From positions 120,668 to 184,667 of the forward strand of contig CAMLTW010000003.1 of assembly GCA_946486375.1 (NCBI GenBank): DNA of 64,000 bases, in the 5' to 3' direction. Source of the stretch: an uncultured Rikenellaceae bacterium (GTDB lineage: Bacteria; Bacteroidota; Bacteroidia; Bacteroidales; Rikenellaceae). Both the position numbers and the translations under genes were made by a program. Shown piece after piece: positions 57,791-64,000 of the stretch (positions are counted from its first letter, which is position 1; each line of letters opens with the position of its first letter). The notes below the pieces were generated by a model. It worked only from the letters and a program-made list of their open reading frames with translations. It did no database searches and was not told the origin of the DNA.

Positions 57791-58974
57791 GGCTTTCGCT
57801 TTAAGGTGATGAGCGTGATTTCGGGCGTGGCTCCGAGCCGGAACGGGAAAAGTACGGTTCCGATCCCTTCGTTTACGTAAATGTATTGTTCCCCTTCGCG
57901 GTAAAGACCGCCCCACAATTCGTATTTCCACGCGGCGGGGGAATATCTTTTGTCGCCGATGCGGACGGCCAGCTGCATCCCGTGGGTGTGTCCCGACAAA
58001 GTCAGGCCGATGTCCTCTTTCCCCTTTACCTGTTGCGACCAGTGATCGGGATCGTGAGAAATCAGGATTTTATAATCCACTGTTTCGGTTCCTTTCAGGG
58101 CCGTTTCCAGATCGGCATACTGCGGGAACGGCGGATTCCCCCAGTTTTCCACACCGATCACAGCGATGGAATCTCCCCCGTGACGAATGATCGCGGAAGC
58201 GTTGTTCAACAAGTGCCAGCCGATTTCGCGGTAGAAATTTTCCAGGGCCTGCCGGTTCGCCCGGTAGGCTTCACGATTGGGCCAGCGGGTGTAGTCCCCG
58301 TAGTCGTGGTTCCCCAGTACCGCATAAATGCCGTCCCGGGCATGGAAGCGGCTCAGTACGTCTTTGTACCGGGGCAGTTCGTTGCTGCGGCTGTGCACCA
58401 GGTCGCCGCTGAAAACGATCAGGTCGGGATCGAGCGCTTCCGTTTTTTTCAGCACTTTTTCCAGCAGGCGGGGATTGCGCATGTTTCCCACATGCGTGTC
58501 GGAGAGCTGGACGATCCGGTAACCTTCGAAAGCGGGCGGCAGGTCGGACGCATAAACCGTCGCTTCCGAAACCCGTACGCTGTTGCGGCCTATCAGGTTG
58601 CCGTAAAGCAGTCCCAGGAAAACGGTCAGTCCCACGATGCCGCCGAACCAGTAAAATACGTTCTTGAACGTCCGGTTCCGGCTGAGAAAGGCGGGAAGCG
58701 AACAGACCATGTAGACCAGCTTGGGCAGATACACCAGCAGGTAAACGTACATGAAGGTCTGGTAAACCTCGTGGGAAATCATCCGCTCGCGGCTGTCCAC
58801 CGTGAACAGCACCACCATCGTTACCGCGAACAGCAGGTCTGCGATCCAGTGCAGACGCCTGATCCAACGGCTCGTCGTCACCCGGCAGATGAAGTAACGG
58901 TAAAAGTAAAAATCCGCAATTACGTTGAATAAAAGCAGGTATATCAGTGTAAACGTCAACATGCGTCCGATCAT
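57787..58974 (-). CDS. Membrane-anchored metallophosphoesterase (calcineurin-like)
   Basis: N-terminal TM helices, then the LSDTHVG, GDLVH, GNHDY and SGHTHG motifs. Confidence 0.85.
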   Translation of the reverse strand: MIGRMLTFTLIYLLLFNVIADFYFYRYFICRVTTSRWIRRLHWIADLLFAVTMVVLFTVDSRERMISHEVYQTFMYVYLLVYLPKLVYMVCSLPAFLSRNRTFKNVFYWFGGIVGLTVFLGLLYGNLIGRNSVRVSEATVYASDLPPAFEGYRIVQLSDTHVGNMRNPRLLEKVLKKTEALDPDLIVFSGDLVHSRSNELPRYKDVLSRFHARDGIYAVLGNHDYGDYTRWPNREAYRANRQALENFYREIGWHLLNNASAIIRHGGDSIAVIGVENWGNPPFPQYADLETALKGTETVDYKILISHDPDHWSQQVKGKEDIGLTLSGHTHGMQLAVRIGDKRYSPAAWKYELWGGLYREGEQYIYVNEGIGTVLFPFRLGATPEITLITLKRKP

Positions 58975-58987
58975 GGCTCTTTACTTT

Positions 58988-59986
58988 TTAAAAATGCTCG
59001 TACCCCCGGAAGTCTTCCGGCACCCGGATGCCGTTGCGGTACCATTCGATTCCGGGTTTGCCTGCGGCGATTTCCCCGATCACGGTGAATCCGGCGCCGA
59101 AACGGGCCTGAAAATCCTTTTGCAATCCGTTGCATTCTTCTGCATCCGCCGTGAACAGCAAAACATAATCCTCTCCTCCTTCCGCGGCCGCCCGTTCGGG
59201 ATTCCATCCCCTTTCCCGGCACACTTTCGTCATTTCCGGCGAAAGGGGCAGCCGGGACAGTTCGATCCGGGCGCCGACGCCGGAAGCGTTCAGGATATGC
59301 CGCAGGTCGGAAGCGATGCCGTCCGAAACGTCCATCATGGCGTGCACGGCTTCCTGCGTACCCAGCCACGCTCCTTCCTTTACCCACGGCTTCGGGGTAT
59401 GGTGCATCCGTATCAATTTATGTTCCTCTTTTGCGTACTCCGTCGCTTCGGTCAGCAATTTCAGCCCGACGGCGGAATCTCCCAGCACGCCCGTCACGCA
59501 GACCGCATCTCCCGCACGGGCTGCGTTTCGCCGTTTGATCTCCCTTGCGGATACCTTTCCCAGAACGGTTACATTAACGGTCAGACCGGTCTGTGAAGAA
59601 GTCGTATCCCCTCCCAGCAGCGGAACCCCGAATTCTTCGGAAAGGCTTTTGTAACCGTGCAGAAACCCTTCCGCCCATGCCGGGGCGATATCCGCGGGCA
59701 GAGCGATCGACAGAAACGATGCCGCAGGCGTCGCCCCCATGGCGGCCGCATCGCTCAGGTTCACCGCCAAAGACTTGAAACCCAGCTCGAAAGCCGTAAT
59801 TCGATGGCGCAGAAAGTGGGTTCCTTCCACCAGCATGTCGGTCGTCACCGTCAGCAGCTCTCCGTTTCCCAGGGGAATTACGGCGCAGTCGTCTCCGATT
59901 CCCTCCGTGCCGGAAGGAACGAGCGGCAGAAACAACCGATTGATATTCCGGATGAATTCGAATTCTCCGGGTAGTTTTTCAGGCAT
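58988..59986 (-). CDS. thiL: Thiamine-monophosphate kinase
   Basis: GEFEFI...IGDDCAV...TTDMLVEGTHF and GGDTT are ThiL/AIR-synthase-fold motifs. Confidence 0.9.
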   Translation of the reverse strand: MPEKLPGEFEFIRNINRLFLPLVPSGTEGIGDDCAVIPLGNGELLTVTTDMLVEGTHFLRHRITAFELGFKSLAVNLSDAAAMGATPAASFLSIALPADIAPAWAEGFLHGYKSLSEEFGVPLLGGDTTSSQTGLTVNVTVLGKVSAREIKRRNAARAGDAVCVTGVLGDSAVGLKLLTEATEYAKEEHKLIRMHHTPKPWVKEGAWLGTQEAVHAMMDVSDGIASDLRHILNASGVGARIELSRLPLSPEMTKVCRERGWNPERAAAEGGEDYVLLFTADAEECNGLQKDFQARFGAGFTVIGEIAAGKPGIEWYRNGIRVPEDFRGYEHF

Positions 59987-60069
59987 GATCGACCCCGGTC
60001 GGTTTTTGAATTAGGATTGAAAAGCGACTTATTTCGGGCAAAAATAGGTTAAAAATCCATTTTGTGGTG

Positions 60070-60077
60070 TAATTTTG
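60070..60077 (+). promoter_or_regulatory. -7 box TAATTTTG upstream of aroQ
   Basis: TAnnTTTG match 20 nt upstream of the ATG at 60097. Confidence 0.35.
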
Positions 60078-60096
60078 CAGCGGAATATTCGGAAAG

Positions 60097-60516
60097 ATGG
60101 CAAAAATATTAATTATCAACGGCCCCAACCTGAACCTGCTGGGACAACGGGAAAGAGGCATTTACGGCGAACGGACATTCGAGGATTACCTGCGGGAACT
60201 GAGGGAACGTTTTCCGGGCATAACTCTTGATTATTACCAGTCCAACGTGGAGGGAGAAATCGTCAACGCCCTGCATGCCGCGCAGGACGTGTACGACGGA
60301 GTGGTGCTGAATGCCGGCGGTTACACGCATACCTCGGTGGCTATCGCGGATGCCGTGGGCGGTATTTCCACGCCGGTGGTGGAAGTTCATATTTCGTGCA
60401 TCCTGGCACGGGAAGAATTCCGGCACGTGTCCCTGCTCGCCCCCAAATGCAAGGGGTCGGTGATGGGATTCGGACTGGACTCCTATCGGCTGGGAATCGA
60501 AGCCATTCTGGGATAA
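60097..60516 (+). CDS. aroQ: Type II 3-dehydroquinate dehydratase
   Basis: ILIINGPNLNLLGQRE, QSNVEGEIV and NAGGYTHTSVA motifs. Confidence 0.95.
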   Translation: MAKILIINGPNLNLLGQRERGIYGERTFEDYLRELRERFPGITLDYYQSNVEGEIVNALHAAQDVYDGVVLNAGGYTHTSVAIADAVGGISTPVVEVHISCILAREEFRHVSLLAPKCKGSVMGFGLDSYRLGIEAILG

Positions 60517-60590
60517 CAATTCGAAATGCCCGTTTTCCGGTGCGGAACCGTATCGCGGTTTCTCCGGCAGGCATTCAAACAAAGACATAT

Positions 60591-62045
60591 ATGTATAAAA
60601 AGACGAAAATCGTGGCGACCGTCTCGGACATGCGGTGCGACGTGGGATTCATCCGGGAACTGTACGAAGCGGGGATGAACGTGGTACGAATCAATTCCGC
60701 CCATGCCTCCACCGAAGGAGCCACCCGGGTCGTAAACAACGTCCGGGCGGTATCGGATCGGATCGCGATCCTGATCGATACCAAGGGGCCGGAATTGCGT
60801 ATTACGGGGATGACGGAGGAATACAAAGACGGTATTCCGGTGGAAGTGGAGGAAATCGTCCGGATCAAGGGAACGGACAGGAACCTGCCTTCTTCCAAAA
60901 ACGTCATCTATGTCAATGACGCCCACGTATACGACGACGTGTTCATCGGCGCCTTCATTCTGATCGACGACGGAGACATCGAGGTGGAAGTGATCGCCAA
61001 GAAGCAGGAAACGCTGATCTGTCGGGTGAACAATGCGGGAGTGATCAAGGGAAAAAAGAGCGTCAACATTCCAAACGTCAAAATGAACCTTCCTTCCCTG
61101 ACGGACAAGGACAAGGCGTTTATCCACTGGGCGATCGAAATGGACATCGATTTCATCGCCCACTCTTTCGTTCGGAAAAAGGAAGACGTACTGGAGGTGA
61201 AAAAGATTCTGGATGAACATAACAGTCACATCAAAATCATTTCCAAGATCGAAAACCAGGAAGGGGTCGACAACATCGACGAAATCCTGGACGTGACCTA
61301 CGGGGTGATGGTGGCGCGCGGCGATTTAGGCGTCGAACTTCCGGCCGAACACATCCCCATCGCCCAGCGCTGTCTGGTCAACAAATGCATCGAAAGCAAG
61401 AAACCGGTCATCATCGCCACCCAGATGCTGCATTCCATGATCCGCAACCCGCGTCCCACCCGAGCCGAAGTGAGCGATATCGCCAATGCGATTTATCAGC
61501 GGGTGGATGCCATCATGCTGAGCGGGGAAACCGCCAACGGGGACTATCCGGTGGAGGCGGTGAAGACCATGGCGCGGATCGCCCGCGAGATCGAACGGGA
61601 CACGGCTCCCATCATCGACATCAACATGGTGCGTATCAACAATGAAATCACGGCGCAGCTTTCGCGCTCGGCGGTCAGGGCCTGCATCAACCTGCCGGTG
61701 AAAGCCGTGGTGATCGATTCCATGACGGGGCGCACGGGGCGGTATCTGGCCGCTTTCCGGGGACAGAAACCGGTTTATGCGGTGTGTTACCGTCCTTACG
61801 TCATGCGGGAACTGGCCCTTTCCTACGGCATCGAATCGGTATACCGGAAGCCGCTGGTCAACCATGACAACTTTCCCCTGAACATTCTGCTCGACCTGAG
61901 GGAACGGAAAGTCCTCACGAACGATGATCTCGTCGTAGTGATCGGAGGCAGTTTCGGTGCGGCCAAAGGAGCTTCCTACATGGAGATCGGGACCGTACAG
62001 AACATCACGGACAAATTGCTCGGCATCGGCCAGACCCATATCTGA
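60591..62045 (+). CDS. pyk: Pyruvate kinase
   Basis: KKTKIVATV, RINSAHA, DTKGPELR, MVARGDLGVE and ATQMLHSM motifs. The start is trimmed to MYKKTK, because the longer track ORF overlaps aroQ. Confidence 0.95.
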   Translation: MYKKTKIVATVSDMRCDVGFIRELYEAGMNVVRINSAHASTEGATRVVNNVRAVSDRIAILIDTKGPELRITGMTEEYKDGIPVEVEEIVRIKGTDRNLPSSKNVIYVNDAHVYDDVFIGAFILIDDGDIEVEVIAKKQETLICRVNNAGVIKGKKSVNIPNVKMNLPSLTDKDKAFIHWAIEMDIDFIAHSFVRKKEDVLEVKKILDEHNSHIKIISKIENQEGVDNIDEILDVTYGVMVARGDLGVELPAEHIPIAQRCLVNKCIESKKPVIIATQMLHSMIRNPRPTRAEVSDIANAIYQRVDAIMLSGETANGDYPVEAVKTMARIAREIERDTAPIIDINMVRINNEITAQLSRSAVRACINLPVKAVVIDSMTGRTGRYLAAFRGQKPVYAVCYRPYVMRELALSYGIESVYRKPLVNHDNFPLNILLDLRERKVLTNDDLVVVIGGSFGAAKGASYMEIGTVQNITDKLLGIGQTHI

Positions 62046-62081
62046 ACAGGCGGCGGGATATCTTGATCCATATGGTTTGAG

Positions 62082-62109
62082 AAAGCGGTGAAAGCCGCTT
62101 TTCTTTTTT
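62082..62109 (+). terminator. Intrinsic terminator after pyk
   Basis: AAAGCGG-tgaaag-CCGCTTT followed by a T-rich run (TTCTTTTTTG), 37 nt after the stop. Confidence 0.65.
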
Positions 62110-62259
62110 GTTTTCAGGCGCGGGTGCTCTGTCCGTAAAAATGCCTTCGGGAAATTTTGCTCAGGAGGTCGAAATACCGTATGCTCCATACTGCCGGGAG
62201 GCCCGGAACCGTTGTTTTTTAAGGAGAATTGGATACTTTTGTAACCGAATGCGGAAGGT

Positions 62260-64000
62260 ATGAACGGAGTGTTGAACAACAGCGTGCAGTTTATCCCCGG
62301 CGTGGGGGCTAAACGGGCTCAGGTGCTTGAAAAGGAGCTGGGCATCCGGACGCTGCGCGACCTGCTGTATTATTTCCCTTACCGTTACATCGACCGGAGC
62401 CGGATTTTCCGGATCGGCGAAATCCGGGATGAATCGGCCGCTTACGTACAGATCCGGGCCCGCGTGGAATCGGTTCAGATAGCGGGGGAAGGCCCACGGA
62501 AACGGCTGAAGGTGACGGTTACCGACGGCAGCGGATGGGCAGAATTGGTCTGGTTCAAGGGAATCAACTGGATTCAGCGGCAGCTGGAAATCAACCGGGA
62601 GTATATCGTTTTCGGGAAACCCTCGATTTTCAACGGCATGCTCAACATGGTGCATCCCGAACTGGAATCCACGCTGGTGGAACGGGACAGGCTCCGGGTC
62701 GGCGTGCAGGGAATGTACAGCACGACCGAAAAGCTGAACAGCAACCACATCTCTTCCAAAGTGCTTTACGGAATCATCTGCAATGCCTGGCAACTGGCGG
62801 ACAAACACATTCCCGAAACGCTTCCGGCGTCCGTTCTGCGGGAATACGGCCTGATGGGGCTTCGGGACGCTCTCTATCACATTCATTTTCCGGGCGGGCA
62901 GGAACAGCTCAAGGCCGCTCAGACCCGGCTGAAATTCGAGGAACTGCTTGCCATTCAGCTCAACATCCTGAAGCTGAAAAATTACCGGACCACCCGAAGC
63001 AAAGGATTCATTTTCGGTGTGGTCGGAGAAAAGTTCAACCGCTTTTACCGGGAAAAACTCCCTTTTCCGCTGACCGGAGCCCAGAAACGGGTGATTAAGG
63101 AAATCCGGGCCGACGTGGCCGGCGGGCGCCAGATGAACCGTCTGCTGCAGGGAGACGTGGGGAGCGGTAAAACGATGGTCGCCCTGATGAGCATGCTGAT
63201 CGCCATCGACAACGGATACCAGGCCTGCATCATGGCTCCGACCGAAATTCTGGCCAACCAGCATTACGAATCTTTTACCGAGTTGCTTTCGGGCCTCGGC
63301 ATCCGGGTGGCCCTGCTGACCGGCTCCGTCCGGAACCGGCCCCGGAAAGAGCTGTTGGCCGATCTGGAAAAAGGGGACATTCATATCCTGATCGGTACCC
63401 ATGCCCTGATCGAAGACCGGGTGAAATTCTTCAACCTCGGATTCGTGGTCATCGACGAGCAGCACCGGTTCGGGGTGCAGCAACGGGCCCGGCTCTGGAC
63501 GAAGAACCATTACCTGCCCCACATCCTCGTCATGACGGCGACCCCGATCCCCCGGACGCTTGCGATGACCCTGTACGGCGATCTCGACGTTTCGATCATC
63601 GACGAGCTTCCGCCGGGCCGCAAGCCGATCAAGACCCTTCACTATTACGAATCGCACCGGCTCCGCATGTTCGGCTTCATCCGGGACGAAATCGCCAAGG
63701 GACGGCAGGTGTATATCGTTTATCCCCTGATCCGGGAATCGGAAAAGATGGACTACCAGAATCTGGAGGAAGGTTACGTGGGAATCACGCAGGCGTTTCC
63801 CCCGCCTCAGTATGTTACGCTGGTGGTGCACGGCAAGATGAAACAGGCGGACAAGGACTACGGAATGCGGATGTTCAAGGAAGGAAAGGCTCACATTTTG
63901 CTGGCGACCTCGGTGATCGAAGTCGGGGTGAACGTGCCCAATGCCACCGTGATGGTGATCGAAAGCGCCGAGCGGTTCGGCCTCTCCCAGCTGCATCAGC
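62260..64000 (+). CDS. recG: ATP-dependent DNA helicase RecG (3'-truncated by the window end)
   Basis: My own translation from the ATG at 62260 reads MNGVLNNSVQFIPGVGAKRAQVLEKELGIRTL. Later come the Walker A motif LLQGDVGSGKT and DEQHRFGV. It is absent from the ORF track because no stop falls in the window. Confidence 0.9.
   Translation, partial: MNGVLNNSVQFIPGVGAKRAQVLEKELGIRTLRDLLYYFPYRYIDRSRIFRIGEIRDESAAYVQIRARVESVQIAGEGPRKRLKVTVTDGSGWAELVWFKGINWIQRQLEINREYIVFGKPSIFNGMLNMVHPELESTLVERDRLRVGVQGMYSTTEKLNSNHISSKVLYGIICNAWQLADKHIPETLPASVLREYGLMGLRDALYHIHFPGGQEQLKAAQTRLKFEELLAIQLNILKLKNYRTTRSKGFIFGVVGEKFNRFYREKLPFPLTGAQKRVIKEIRADVAGGRQMNRLLQGDVGSGKTMVALMSMLIAIDNGYQACIMAPTEILANQHYESFTELLSGLGIRVALLTGSVRNRPRKELLADLEKGDIHILIGTHALIEDRVKFFNLGFVVIDEQHRFGVQQRARLWTKNHYLPHILVMTATPIPRTLAMTLYGDLDVSIIDELPPGRKPIKTLHYYESHRLRMFGFIRDEIAKGRQVYIVYPLIRESEKMDYQNLEEGYVGITQAFPPPQYVTLVVHGKMKQADKDYGMRMFKEGKAHILLATSVIEVGVNVPNATVMVIESAERFGLSQLHQ

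Noticed and set aside
59987-60096. Possible TPP riboswitch upstream of thiL, FMN riboswitch upstream of ribBA, and cobalamin riboswitch upstream of the TonB receptor operon
   Set aside because: The thiL spacer is only 110 nt and lacks the CUGAGA/ACCUGA THI-box core. ribBA starts 1 nt after the lptF/G stop. The 26921-27162 leader lacks a recognisable B12 box. Only an Rfam scan could exclude divergent versions.
1-64000. CRISPR arrays, IS elements, integrases, tRNA/rRNA genes and classic defence or toxin-antitoxin modules
   Set aside because: I saw no regularly spaced direct repeats, no transposase, integrase or recombinase-like ORFs, and no cloverleaf-like or rRNA-like segments in the intergenic regions. 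The only RNA gene found is the SRP RNA.

Overview
This window is a GC-rich, densely coding chromosomal segment that looks like Bacteroidota, probably Bacteroidales and possibly Alistipes-like. The phylum call rests on TAnnTTTG -7 promoter boxes upstream of many genes, on DUF4293/DUF4199 membrane proteins, on an S46 peptidase, and on many lipoproteins with Cys lipoboxes. I found no mobile elements, CRISPR arrays, tRNAs or rRNAs.

Most of the window is housekeeping:
- sufBCDS, pepD, ridA, tsaC and mltG
- maf, ribBA, fmt and rpoN
- asnS and ppk1-ppx
- thiD/thiL, aroQ, pyk and a partial recG
- a small SRP RNA that the ORF track misses

Three things stand out.

1. A monocistronic 6.8 kb gene (35974-42750, +) encodes a 2,258 aa cytoplasmic protein that I cannot assign to any family. 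It carries an aminotransferase class I/II-like PLP module with canonical residue spacing, and a PEP-carboxykinase/HPr-kinase-like P-loop module. These are embedded in about 1,400 aa of unrecognisable sequence. The gene has its own promoter box, a 712 bp non-coding leader and its own terminator.

2. An eight-gene operon (27163-35261, +) combines the following:
- a NapH/NapG-like fused polyferredoxin
- a Tat-exported lipoprotein aldo/keto reductase with Fe-S motifs
- a second, cytoplasmic Fe-S aldo/keto reductase
- DUF1893
- a small TonB-dependent receptor
- a secreted DUF362 protein
- an ECF-S-like membrane protein

3. A visibly AT-rich 0.8 kb non-coding islet sits next to an XRE-type HTH gene.

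The track also shows a 2,642-codon antisense ORF (37435-45363, -). I interpret it as a codon-bias shadow frame, not a gene.

All calls come from reading the sequence and translations. No database search was run. Hand-counted coordinates of small elements may be off by 1-2 nt.
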